In this document: piece after piece, positions 41,331-54,536 of the stretch
Numbering within the stretch: the stretch's first letter is position 1
Layout: each line of letters starts with the position of its first letter
Assembly: GCF_009914755.1 (NCBI RefSeq)
Contig: NC_060926.1
Source: the human T2T-CHM13v2.0 reference genome, Homo sapiens
Strand: one strand, 5' to 3'
DNA: 64,000 nucleotides
Made by a program: the position numbers and the translations under genes
The notes under the pieces: generated by a model
Databases searched by the model: none
What the model saw: only the letters and a program-made list of their open reading frames with translations
Told to the model about the DNA's origin: nothing

Positions 41331-43680
41331 AGGATTGAGTTCCTTTTGAGTTGTTTTTCTTACATATAAATATTGCCATACAACTTCATACTCAGCAAAG
41401 ATAATACATAGATATATTAAGTATACTTGCCATTGGATATATTTTCTTGGAAAAGGCAGCCATCTGCCAGATAGCTTATGTCCTTAATCAAAAGCAGGAT
41501 CATTTTGATTTAATTCAAACCATCTACTTCTACTATAGCATGATGAAATAATACATATGCCCTTTTATGGATCAAAATAATATTAAAGTATTATTGTAAA
41601 TGTAGTATATTTAAAGCATATGTGTATGTAATTTCAGCATACATTACTGGAATATTGAATTCAGTGTTCCATGTTTGGTATTCAGTATCAAATATTTTAA
41701 ACACTGACATGATCATTATCATTTCTGCAGTTGTTTTTCTCCTTCATTTCCATGTGCCATGTGCATTTATTGATCTAGATGTGAATGTTTTGCAATATAA
41801 TATTCAAACTGACATCCCTACTTTGTAATTTAATAGAACAATTTATTTTCAGTAGTGAAGTAGTAAGGAATAGGCCTTAGAAGATGGACACAAGAATTGC
41901 AATAAATTCAGGAGAGCAAAAATGAACTTAAAAAATCATGTTTGTTATAACATCAGAGAGTTGTGGAACAAATAAAGAACAGATAGCCTAAAATTCCACA
42001 GAGGAAAGATGCCTTTGTATATTGCCTTGTGTCCTCCTGTCACTTTGTGTCTTAGTGAAATTTGCCAAATACGAGCGTGATTGGAGATTCTGGTTTGGTC
42101 CAGGCAGAAGATCTCTACAAGAGTGGGGAATTCATCTCACCTTTGGCAGAGGCATGTACGTGCCTTACAGATTATGGATTATATGGCATGAGTGGAGCCC
42201 TTAACACCAGGCTGAATTTCTCTTTGGGACATTTGTTGAGGCCTGGGTTGAGAATGGTAGCTGGGTGGGTTGGCTAGAGACACACAGTGAAACCTCCTGC
42301 ATTCTCCTGAGTTCTCCCCTACCATGCTGCCTTGATTTTCCTTTATGTGTGTCTGAAATATGGGCTTTGGGCTCCCACCACTACACCTCCTACTCATCTT
42401 CCCAGCCCCTGCACTGCTCTGGTCAGCATCATCTTTATTTTAACTATAAGCTTTCTTGAATGATCCTTTCTTTCTCTAATCATTCCCAGGTAAATGATGG
42501 GGGCAGAATCTACTTTTCCAAGGTCTTCTACATCCTGCTGGATTGACTAGGAATGTGTGATATGACCTGAGGTACATTTGGACAGGGACTCTCTTTGAGT
42601 CACTAAAGACTGTGTGATGCAATACTTCCCTGGGAGTTTGCCATTGCATCAGAGCACAGTCTTGAACTCCACGCAGGATCCCCACAACTCCCCAAGAAAT
42701 ACAGCAGAGCTTCCACTTGGGTTCATATATCAACTCCAACACACCACCACTAACACAGTTAACAGCTGCCCTCACATTCTCATTTACTGCCCTCTGCCCA
42801 AAGTCTATAGATTATTATTTTTCAAGGGGCAAAATATAAGCTTATATATTATTTTATATTAATCCAGATTCCATTGAATATGGCATACATTTTTGACTAT
42901 GGCATACATTTTTAGTCGTTTTTTCTTTTGTCTTTTGAAACTTGGATATTTATTTTTAAAACACAGCTTTGGATTTCATAGAATTTTCTTTTCATTTCAA
43001 CATACTGTGAATAAGATTGTTCAAAGATTTTTGTCACTAGGTCTTTGTTTTTGCATAAACTTACCAAAATATATCTAGCAGTTACAAAGTCTAGAATGTA
43101 AATACACGCAAGCACTCCCTGAAAAAAAAATAGGATAAAATGCTGTGCTTCCTGCTGTCCCAGAGAGAGATATATGTTAAGAAAAGTGTAAAGTGGAAGG
43201 TAGAAGATGGGAGAGAAACTGTTTTAGTATCACCAAATCTTGTCAAGGTACATGTACACTAGTAACTGCTAAACCAAATCAAAACCAAGAACGTATTAGT
43301 TTTGTATTGCCACTAATCTGTTTCATTTAGGTGGCTGTCAGGCTGAATGAATTTAGTTAGTGAATGAACGTAGGCAAGGCAGAGAGGATTACGATGAGCT
43401 TTGATTCAGCTTTCCCTTGCAACATGACTGGTTGTTCAGAGGGCACTTGACCTCCCTCCATTCTCCTGCAAGTTCTGCCAGGCCAAGACTCTTGCAACTG
43501 ATGGGGACTAAATTGTGGTACCTGAGATGTAACGGAGATATTGATGGTCAAGAGCCCTCAGCTGTAATGTATTCTCCTGAATTCTCCATCATCTTCCTCT
43601 TTACTCTCCCAAGATAATAGACAGTGTCTGCTTTCCAGATAAACAACACATTTGGGCAGCTGAACCACAGCAAGAAGGGA

Positions 43681-43708
43681 GGTTTCTGTTCAGGGTTGTA
43701 CCACTGTG
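43681..43708 (-). other. 12-RSS of IGKV2-18
   Basis: CACAGTG (43702-43708), 12-bp spacer, ACAGAAACC (43681-43689). Confidence 0.95.
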
Positions 43709-44487
43709 TTAGGAAACTGTGTAGCTTGCATGCAGTAATAAACCCCAACATCCTCAGCCTCCACCCAGCTGATTTTCAGTGTGAAATCACTACCTGACCC
43801 ACTGCCACTAAACCTGTCTGGGACCCCAGAAAGATGATTGGAAACCCTATAAATCAGGAGCTGTGGAGACTGCCCTGGCTTCTGCAGGTACCAATGCAAA
43901 TAGGTATATCCATTACTATGCAGGAGGCTCTGACTAGACCTGCAAGAGATGGAGGCCGGCTCTCCAGGGTTGACGGGCAGGGAGGGTGGAGTCTGGGTCA
44001 TCACAATATCTCCACTGGATCCTGAAATAGTGAGAGAAGTGCAAAGTTATGTACAAATATTGGGAACCATTGAAATGATATTCTTTCTGTTATCTACTTT
44101 ATGCTAAGTGATTTTTTTGTGTGACTTTGGTTCATACCCCTAAACATCCAGGCATAAAAAGAACCAACATTCACAAGGCACAAAAGAGACTCAAGAAGTC
44201 GCCTACACTATTATCCTCTTCCTGTGTGACACTCTTCATGAGAGCACAAGTCCTTTGTCCTTCTAGGATATGAAGTTTAGAACTATAAGAGTGAGGAATC
44301 TTCTCTTTCTGACTCTTGCAGTTCTAAACTTTATACACCTTTTCTTGCAGGTCAAGATGTGCATGTGGACAGGCAGTGGGACCCCCAGAGCTCACCCTCA
44401 CACTCCATTCTCCTCCCTTATCTCCCTTCTGTCCTTACCAGGAACCCAAAGCATTAGCAGCCCCAGGAGCTGAGCAGGGACCCTTAT
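43709..44487 (-). pseudogene. IGKV2-18: Immunoglobulin kappa variable 2-18 pseudogene (leader 44439-44487 starting ATA; V exon 43709-44021)
   Basis: Leader reads ATA AGG GTC CCT GCT CAG CTC CTG GGG... (I instead of M); open 302-nt V region [40 protein letters not shown]...CMQATQFP; splice sites intact. Confidence 0.93.
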
Positions 44488-44534
44488 TGTGAGAAGGTGA
44501 GCTGAGGAGTTCTGATCAGTCAAGGCAAGGTTAC

Positions 44535-44600
44535 AGCTGAGCTTTTATCTCAGACTCACAATGGAAGGTCCTCCCTAGGGGACAGTATGCAAATCCCCTG
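44535..44600 (-). promoter_or_regulatory. IGKV2-18 promoter
   Basis: Octamer ATTTGCAT 44587-44594; GATAAAA TATA-like element ~44543-44549. Confidence 0.85.
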
Positions 44601-44852
44601 GTGGGTGCAGTGGGGTGGAAAGAGCCAAGGAGAGTATGGGGACATCTAGTGTGAGCACAGTGACATAATGTGTCCTCTGTGTTTAGAGGGAACCTAATAA
44701 AGTTTGTGCTGCCTGAGTGGAAAAAGGGACATATTTAATCATGTTCTTCTATTTCCTCTAAGAGATTTCTACATTGTTTTCACTTTCCCAGACACATTTT
44801 ACACTTGTCTTTAATAGGCTGAGTTTCCATAAATATTTGGTTATTCTTATTT

Positions 44853-45315
<463 letters not shown>

Positions 45316-45439
45316 TAGGTTTTTAAATTAGTTTCATTTTAGTTGACAAAATCCCCAGAGTAAAGGGCACAAATATTAAGAGTGTAACTGAATGAAGTTT
45401 GTGTATATTAACTGTCAAGGTGGAACTATGGAATATAGA

Positions 45440-45646
45440 TTTTTGTTTTTCTTTTTTTTTTTGAGATGGAGTCTTGCTCTGTTGCCCAGGCTGGAGTACA
45501 GTGGCCCGTGATCCTGGCTCACTGCAAGCTCTGCCTCCCGGGTTCAGGCCATTCTCCTGCCTCAGCCTCCCAAGGAGCTGGGGACCACAGGCGCCCGCCA
45601 CCATGCCCGGCTAATCTTTTGCATTTTTAGTAGAGACAGTAGAGAC
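45440..45646 (-). mobile_element. Truncated AluY-like element
   Basis: Right arm with gcaagctctgcctcccgggttcaggccattctcc; ends just past the linker with duplicated agtagagac. Confidence 0.88.
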
Positions 45647-45694
45647 CAATATCATATTCCCTCAGTAATGCTCTGAGCTCTACTCCCTACTAGC

Positions 45695-46166
45695 ATGTTC
45701 TTGTGAACTCAGGAACTGCTCTCCTAGACCCCGGCTTTCTGGAGAGCAGGTGAGGGGGAGGCACCAGGGAAAGGCCAGGTCATTGAGCTGTTGGGTGTAT
45801 GTTCCTGCTGTGCACCATCAATGCCACTTTCCTCTTTTACGCTTAAGCAATGAATGGGGACATCATCCTGACCCAGATTCCAGCTTCTCTGTTGGGATTG
45901 GTAGGAGGGAGAGTCTTCATCTCCTGGCAAGCCACTGCTTACGTATATGGAAAAGTATTTTAGATTCTAATAAAATTGGACAAAGATTTGAAATCCGATT
46001 TTTTACATATCTAACTTGGCCCTGATTGTCTCAGCCTGGTTCAGCAACAGAAGGAGTGGAATAAATTGCATCAGCATCAGTAGACTGGAGCCTGAGGACT
46101 CCAGGGAACATTCGCACGCAAGACTAGGGGAGGCCAAGTCACAGCAGTCTAGCCTGTGCACCGTCC
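45695..46166 (+). pseudogene. Degenerate V-kappa relic in inverted orientation with leader, intron, V exon and dead RSS (relic B)
   Basis: 55-nt leader-like exon ATG 45695 to CAG|GTGAG at 45749; 98-nt intron; AG 45846-45847; 11-nt L-part2; DIILTQIPASLLGLVGGRVFISWQATAYVYGKVF*...[25 protein letters not shown]; CACAGCA 46140-46146. Confidence 0.85.
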
Positions 46167-46289
46167 TCCTGTGGCCTTTCATGAGCCTGATTTTTTAGAG
46201 AAACTTGCTTACATCCAGCTTGCCAGGATCAAATTCTAGAGAGACGCAGATTTAAATGTAAGTTCGCATCTTTTTTTTTTCCTGCGTGG

Positions 46290-46550
46290 ATGTGCTGGAA
46301 TGATGGAGGAAGGAGTTATGGAGCCAGGAATATGACGGTATCTTGAAGATTAAAATCAAGAAATCCGATGTTCTCCCCTGGAGCCTCCGGAAGAAATACA
46401 GCCCTAGTGACTCCTTAATTTTAGCTCAGTAAGACTTCTCAATCCAGAATTGTAGATAATAAATTTGATAGGATTTATTGTAGATAATAAATCATACTGA
46501 ATGCGGTATAATTGTGGTAATTAGTTGCCCTAGCAATAGGAAACTGTTAC
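46290..46550 (+). mobile_element. MaLR LTR (MLT1) 3' part
   Basis: ggagccaggaatatg...ttctcccctggagcctccggaagaaatacagccctagtgactcc...agcaataggaaactgttaca. Confidence 0.7.
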
Positions 46551-46865
46551 AGGCATAAGGCATGTCTTTTATCTTTCTAAAAGTGTGATTGTCCTTCTTC
46601 TTCTAAACATTTCCATTGTGTTATCATTTGGTGTCAATTTTGATCAGAGGCAGAGAACATTTTACTGCGAGGACAGCTAGCACCAGAATTCTTAGGTGGA
46701 AAATCTCTTGTGAGAATCCCTTTATTAGGTCTCATATGATCTGCATGTCTGAGATCCTAGGGGTCAGCTCTCACAGCACAATGTGGGGGAGCATGTGTGG
46801 TTGTTTGTTTCTTATTATATTAGTAGGACTCGTTAGATTTTCAGGACAGGATCTGAGAGGAAAGG

Positions 46866-48770
46866 AACTAAAAACAAAGACCATATGGTCATCTCAACTG
46901 ATGCAGAAAAGGCGTTCAATAAAATTCATCATCCCTTGATTTTAAAAGCCCTGAACAAACTAGACATTGAAGGAAGATACCTCACAATTATAAGACCTAT
47001 ATATGACAAACCCACAGCCAACATCATACTGAATGGTGAAAAGCTGGAAGAACTTCCTCTAAGAACCAGAACAAGACAAGGATGCTTATTACTCTCACCA
47101 CTCCTATTCAACATAGGGCTAGAAGTCCTAGCCAGAGGAGGAGAGGAAGTCAGTCTATCTCTCTTTGCATCTGATATAATTTATACCTAGAAAACCCTGT
47201 CTTCACTGCCCAAATGTTCCTGGATCTAATAAACCACTTCAGCAAAGTTTCAAGATACAAAATCAATGTAAAAAACCAGTAGCATTTCTATATACCAACA
47301 ATGTCTATGCTGAGAGCCAAATCAAGAATGCAATCCCATTCACAATAGCCACAGAAAATAAAGTACTTAGGAATACAGTTAACCAGGGTGCTGAAAGATA
47401 TCTACAACTAGAATTATAATAAACTGCTGAAAGAAATCAGAGATGACAAAAACAAATGGAAAAATATTTCATGCTCATGGATGGAAAGAATCAATATTCT
47501 TAAAATGATCACATAGCCCAAAGCAATTTACAGATTCAATGCTATTTATATCAAACTATCAACAAAATTTTTCACAGAAGTAGAAAAACTATTCTAAAAT
47601 TCATATGGAACCACAAAAGAGCCCGAATAGACAAAGCCGTCCTAAGCAAATATGAACAAAACCAGAGGCATTGCACTACCCGACTTCAAACTATATACTA
47701 CAAGGCTACGGTAACCAAAATTGCATGGTTCTGGTACAAAAATAGGCACATAAATCAATGTAACAGGTTAGAGAACCCAGACTTAAAGCTGTACATTATA
47801 ACCATCTGATCTTGACAATGTTGACAAAAGGTAGCAATAGAGAAAAGGCTCCCTATTTGATAAATGGTGCTAGCATAACTGGCCAGCCATATATAGAAGA
47901 TTGAAACTGGACCCCTTCCTTTCACCATATACAAAAATCTACTCAACATGGATTAAAGACTTAAATGTAAAACCTAAAACTTCAAAAACTCTAGAAGAAA
48001 ATCTAAGAAATACCATTCTAGACAAAGGCCGTAGTAAAAATTTCATGACAAAAACTCCAAAAGCAACTGCAACAAAAACAAAAATTGATAAATGGGACCT
48101 AATTAAAGTAAAGAGCTTCTGCACAAGTTAAAGAAACTATAAACAGCGTCAACAGACAGCCTACAGATTGAGGGAAAATATTTGTAAACTATGCATCCGA
48201 CAAAGACCCAATAACCAGAATCTGTAATGAACGTAAATTAACAAGCAACAAACAAAAACAACCCCATTAAAAAGTGGCCAAATGACATGAACAGACTCTT
48301 CTTAAAACAAAACATGCACATAGTCAACAAGCATATGAAAAATTCTCAACACCACTAATCATTAGAAAAACGCAAATTAAAACCACAATTAAGTATCATC
48401 TCACACCAGTCAGAATGGCTATTATTAAAAACTCAAAAAATAACAAATGTTGATGAGGTTGCAGAGAAAAGAGAATGCTTATACACTGCTGGCGGGAGTG
48501 TAAATTAGTTCAGCCACGGTGCAAAGCAGTTTGGAGATTCCTCAAAGAACTTTAAACAGAACTACCTTTTGATTCAGCAATCCTATTACAGAGCGTATAC
48601 CCAAAGGAATATAAATTGTTCTACCATAAAGACACATGCACACATATGTTCACTGCAGCAAAGACATGGAATTAACTAAATGCCCATCAGTGGTAGACAG
48701 AATAAAGAAAATGTGGTACATATACATCACAGAATACCACCCACAACTGCAACAAATACAAGACAAAGTT
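46866..48770 (+). mobile_element. L1 ORF2 3' half, truncated
   Basis: [15 protein letters not shown]...[30 protein letters not shown]; [24 protein letters not shown]. Confidence 0.94.
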
Positions 48771-49531
48771 CAGATTATGGACCGTAGTTGGCCTCTACTA
48801 TATTCTCTTCTTTGTTCTCATTCCTGGAGTCTGCCCACAGTTTTAAAATTCTCACCCTTTGGTAAAGAAAAAAAAAACCTCACATTATTCTGTGTTATTC
48901 TAGTGGCATATAACATAAATTCTATAATCTGCTTGTTCCAGTTTAAGTTTTTGTTTTTAAAATCCAACTTTTGGAATTTCAAATATTATCCTTTTTTATT
49001 AGCAAGAAGTAATTGAAATGAATGAAAGAGTTTTAACATCAGGATCTTCTGTCTTCCATGACGTCACAAAAGTCTATTTGGAGGTGCAAATTCAAGCTTT
49101 TTCATGATTGTCCTCAGCCAGCTCTCCCTGAGGACAGCTTGTGTAGAATGCTCTTTTCACTATTTGTTATGTGGTGCAATGGGAAGAGAACTAGTAAAAA
49201 GGAGAAGAAGGAAATTGGAAAAGTTGAAAAATACCAGTTTCTAAATACTACCAAATACTACCCTCTTAAAAATATACACAAAAGACCTAAACTTCAAGAG
49301 ATATTCAACACGTGTTGACACGAATCTGTGTTACTTGTCTGGCTATTAAGCTATTTGAAGTCTCATTGTCGAATGTAGGCAAGGCAGGGAAGATTAGTGT
49401 GAGATTTCCCTCCGCTCTCCCTCAGTCCTGTCTGCTTACTCTGAAGGCACTTGAATTATCTCTGTTTTCCTTTGGCTTATGCCATGCCAAGGCTGTGGGA
49501 GCTGACAGGACCATGAATGGGTTTTACCTGA

Positions 49532-49864
<333 letters not shown>

Positions 49865-49955
49865 CCAACATCTTCATCTTATACAGCAGAGATTCTGTTG
49901 TGCCACTCCCCAGATAAACAACATATTTGAGCAGCTGGGCCACTCCAAGCAGGGA

Positions 49956-49983
49956 GGTTTGTATTCAGGGTTGTACCACTGTG
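49956..49983 (-). other. 12-RSS of IGKV2-19 (degenerate nonamer)
   Basis: CACAGTG (49977-49983), 12-bp spacer, ATACAAACC (49956-49964). Confidence 0.9.
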
Positions 49984-50258
49984 GGAGGCACTTGTGTACC
50001 TTGCAGGCAGTAATAAACCCCAACGTCCTCAGCCTCTACCCTGCTGATTTTCAATATGAAATCTGTCCCTGAACCACTGCTGCTGAACCTGCCCGAGACC
50101 CCAGACTTCCTGTTAGAAACTTCATAAATCAGGCACCTTAGAGGTTGGTCTGGCTTCTGCAGAAACCAATTCAAGTAAGTGTTTCCATTTCTATGAAAGG
50201 GGCTCTGACCAGACCTGCAGGAAATGGAGGATGGCTCTCCAAGGAAGAGTGGAGTCTG
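49984..50258 (-). pseudogene. IGKV2-19: Immunoglobulin kappa variable 2-19 pseudogene (5'-truncated V exon, no leader or promoter)
   Basis: [91 protein letters not shown]; lacks DIVMT and L-part2, FR1 deletion; lies between IGKV2-18 and IGKV3-20. Confidence 0.88.
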
Positions 50259-51195
50259 AAGTCTCAGGATGTGAACTTGGAGGGATTTTTTTTCCCACAA
50301 GAATCCAGCAAATGAGAGGATAACCTTACAGCATCCATAAGGTAGAAGCCTATCAAACGTAAGGACAACCTGAGACTAAGGGTAGCCAGGGAGAGAAGAT
50401 CTGAGCTGGAAAGGGTGAAACAAATGGACCAAAAGAAGCTGACCGCAAGACAGAAAGTTCAGAATCAGGGAAGCTGAATATGAATCTGACTAGAAGATGC
50501 TCTTGAGAGATTTAAACTTTTCCCATGTTTTATGTTTCCCATATTGCAAATAGTTTCCATTGTTAAGAGAGTATGTTTGTACAGAAATTCAGCTTATGAC
50601 GAACTTTGAAATTCCACCAAAGAGATCGAGGGAACGATGGGTTGTTGCTTTTCAGGACTACAAATCAGCCTGTCTTTGAGATCTCACACTGTCTATTTTG
50701 CAGTGGAATCTGCGATGAGGCTGTGAATTGGGCAGTGAAGTCAGGGCAGGGCTGACTGTGCTCTGGGTGCCACGGATAACAGGGACATTCCTTCAGGGCT
50801 GGTGATGCTGGGAGGCTGAGGGGAGAGACTCAGTATGAAGCCATCTGTGAGCCTCCTTGGCAATGCTATCTGGACCCTGGTCATCTAATGAGCCACTCCA
50901 AGCAGGGAGTTTTGCCTTCAAAGTTGTATACATGGATGCCCGTGGATGGCCAAACATAGGCTCAGGTTGAGCAGGGACCAAGATTTAGGAAGGAGCAATA
51001 TGAGGCTGACCTGATGCTCTGAGGTTTCAGCACAATCTTAAGGGATCATACAGGGAGAGAAAGGGGTCACAAGGTGTAATTTTTTCATTTGATGCTGAAT
51101 ATACCTCTTCAGACCATTTTTCTACCCTGTATGTAACTACTGGTATACATTTAACCAAAGCCACTGCTACTAATGATCATTTCAGTCATTGATAG

Positions 51196-51612
51196 TGAGA
51201 GGTGAGGCCAGCTAGACTTCCTGGGTGGAGTGGGGACTTCTTACAAGAGGATTGTAAAATGCACCAATCAGCACTCTGTAAAACGCACCAGTCAGTGCTC
51301 TGTAAAATGCACCAATCAGCAGGATTCTAAAAGTAGCCAATCGTGGGGAGGATTGAAAAAAGGGCACTCTGATAGGACAGAAGCGGAACATGGGTGGGGA
51401 CAATAAGGGAATAAAAGCTGGCCACCCCAGCCAGCAGTGGCAACCCGCAAGGGTCCCTTTCCATGCTATGGAAGTTTTGTCCTTTAGCTCTTCACAGTAA
51501 TCCTTGCTGCCGCTCCGTGCCATCTTTAAGAGCTGTAACACTCTCCACAAAGGTCCGTGGCTTCATTCTTGAAGTCAGCCAGACTCACCAGCAGGAACCA
51601 ACTCCGGACACA
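51196..51612 (+). mobile_element. Solo LTR12 (ERV9; LTR12F-like)
   Basis: tgagaggtga...ccggacaca, tandem gcaccaatcagc (CCAAT) units, 4-bp TSD atag at 51192-51195 and 51613-51616. Confidence 0.9.
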
Positions 51613-52104
51613 ATAGCCTGTGTGCACAGATCCCGAGAAGCTGGAAATCTGGACCACCATTCAATGTATGAGGAGACATACACATAAAGTTCACGTTTTC
51701 GCCATCCACAGGAGGTGACTGTGGATGTGAGTTTGAGTCTGACTACAAGACGGTCTTGTGAGATTTAAACTACAATTTTTCCTATTGAAAAGAAGAAACA
51801 CCTTTTTTTACCCTTTTTGCAACAAATATGTATTGAGCCCCAACAGTCATGCATTGTGCTAAATGAAAAATTTAAAGATGGCACAAAAGAACAAAAAAGG
51901 AAGAGAAAGAGAGGGGGGGCTTCAAAATCTTGTATAATTCGTTGCAAATACTATGAACACTTCCAGGTATGTTTATTCATAAGGACAGTGGATGCAACTG
52001 GCAGAGGCTGCAGTTTTGCAGTGGAGGGAAACTCTGTATACAGAGGCAAACTTCTTCTGCCATGGCCACAGCAATCCCTTGTTCTAAGCTTAGGAAGAAA
52101 AATC

Positions 52105-52985
52105 TAAAAAAATGAAAGTCACAGAAATAGCAAGTAGAATGCTGGTTACCAGAGACTGCATTGTTAAAGGGTACAAAATATCAGTCTGATAGGGGGACTA
52201 AGTTTTGGTGATCTGTTGCATAGCATGGCGACATTATTATATAGATGTATTTCTGGCAGGCTTGATTGCCTATTACATGGTAAGTCAACATACACTAAGA
52301 CACTGGGGGCTGCTGCAGAGAAAGAGATTTAATCCCAAGGCAATTAAATGAGAAGACAGGAGGAAGCCTCATATCTACCTCCCCAAGCACTTTGGGGTTA
52401 AAGACTTTAAGTGGTTTTGGATGGAGAGGCAGATTGGTTGAAGAGTGAAGGATGAAGTCATGGGACTGGGAGGTGAAGAAACTGCTTTCTTATGTTGACT
52501 CGGTTCTTTGGGAGGGGGGTGGTCTTTAGACAAGTTGGTGTCAGCTATTCTACTGGAATTCAGGATCTGGTAAATATCTCAAAGATTAGGTTTTATGCTC
52601 ATAATGGTGAAGGTGTTATATTTGGGAACAATGGGGACGTTAATGGTCTGTATTTATTGCAACTTGACTTTTATTAGTGAGAAGCTAAGGGAAGTGGCTC
52701 AGAATGTTGTCTGATTAATGCTTAACTATATTTCAGTCTGGAACCTGGAATACTGTTCTTGTTAACCTTATGACAGTGGTTTTGTAGTTAATAATACTAT
52801 ATTCTGTATTTCAAAATAACAAAGTATATTCAATGTTCTCAGTACAAAAAATGATAAATATTGGAGGTGAGGACTATGTTAATTAACCTGATTTGATTAT
52901 TCGACAATGTATACATGTATGCATCTCATTGTACCCCATATGTATATACATTACTATTTGTCAATTAAAATCAAAATAAAACTTT
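52105..52985 (+). mobile_element. L1MA-type 3' end interrupted by an antisense ERV1-type LTR (~52245-52785)
   Basis: L1 3' UTR motifs (aagggtacaaaa...ttaataatactatattctgtatttcaaaataac...tttgtcaattaaaa) flank LTR-like sequence. Confidence 0.7.
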
Positions 52986-54467
52986 TAAAAATTCATGTAG
53001 CCATTGCCTGGAATAAATAAAGAAAAATATGTGTGCACATGCTTAACTATACCCCTGTAAAAATTGAAGCTACTAAGTCCAGTAAAATACTGAATCACAC
53101 ATATTTCTGTCTTTAGCTTTAGTGGAAATAGTCAAAATACTGGGTCCCAACAATACTTATATTAGTCTTTTCTTCCCATATCCACCACCTTGTTATTTTT
53201 TAATTCATTTGTAATACATTTAGTTTCATTTACTCTTGTTTGTAACCCATTTGGATCCTCTCATCTTTCTTGATTTCAATTATTTTCAAATATTTGTAGT
53301 ATAAATAGAGTCTCCAAAGACATAAATTCACAAAAACAAAAAGGTAAGCTCAGAGACGTGTCGCCTTCCACCCCTTCTGTACCACTCTCATCTCATCCCT
53401 TCACCCCGTTACCAGCCCCTTCCTCTTATCACTCCCTGCCAGCCTCACTCTGTCTATCCTCTCAAATTTGTTGTTTTCGTTTACGGTTCTGTTTGTTTTT
53501 AAATCTCCTCTGCTTTCTTACTTGGAAGGTAACACGGTATAGATATTTGTTTGCACTTTGCTTTTTTTCATTCAACTGTATATCTGAGAAATAACTTCCT
53601 GTCAATTCATAGATAACTTCTTCCTTTTGACAGTTGATACATACTCCATTGCATGAATGTTCCATAGCTATTTCAACAAAATATTTATTTATGAATATTC
53701 TGGGTGGTGTCAACATTTTACAAATCATTACAATTAATGTTCCAATGAATAACCTTGTGTATATGTAATTTTGTAGTGTTGAAGATGTATCTTCAGAGAT
53801 TCCTAGGAATGGGATTATGGGTCAAAGTTACACATTAAGATAGTTTTGTAGATGTTGTCATATTCTCCTTCTTAAAAAGGTAGTATTAGTTTCCATCCTC
53901 ACAGCTGTTAATGAGAAATCCTGTTTCCCTATAACCTTGCCTAAAAATACGGTTAATATTTTTTGGATTTTCTTAAACCAGATAATACTACCTCAAAGTA
54001 GTTTCAATTTGCATTTCCCTCATTACTGAGATTACACACTTTACTTGTGTTTAAATGCTATATGTATATATCTTTTATAATGCATTGTCTGTTCTCTTTT
54101 CTTCTTTTTTCTATTGGATTTTTGACCCATTATCTTAACTTTTAATAGAGTTGTTTCATATTAGAACAGTAACAGTTTATTTGTTTAATATATTAAGAAT
54201 AGTTTCTCCTTGTTTTTAGTTGTCTTTTGATTTTATTTTTGTGTATGCAATTTCATTTATTTATTTACAATCTTTTATCTAAAAATTCAATCATATTTGG
54301 CACAACATATTTTGTTTACAGTGTTGATTTATTTTATCCTAATTTGTTTTTTAGTTCTGTATTATTTTATTATAATTGAGTACCCCAGAGAACTACAACC
54401 TGCATCCTTGGCTTATTGTGTTTTACATAATTTAGCATTTGACGAGCTTCCAGACCTGGATCTTAAG

Positions 54468-54536
54468 CCTCATGATCCCCCCCGCCTCGGCTTCCCAAAG
54501 TGCTGGGATTACAGGCGTGAGCCACCGCGCCCGGCC
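54468..54536 (-). mobile_element. Alu 5'-end fragment
   Basis: cctcatgatcc...ccaaagtgctgggattacaggcgtgagccaccgcgcccggcc, without the rest of the element. Confidence 0.88.

Noticed and set aside
44590-44610. CTCF-like CCACCAGGGGAT beside the IGKV2-18 octamer (similar partial matches at ~3165 and ~4890)
   Set aside because: The 3' half of the CTCF core is missing, and this instance overlaps ordinary VK2 promoter sequence
51240-51345. Short regularly spaced repeats that superficially resemble an array
   Set aside because: Normal tandem CCAAT units of the LTR12 U3 region; no unique spacers, and the DNA is human, so not CRISPR
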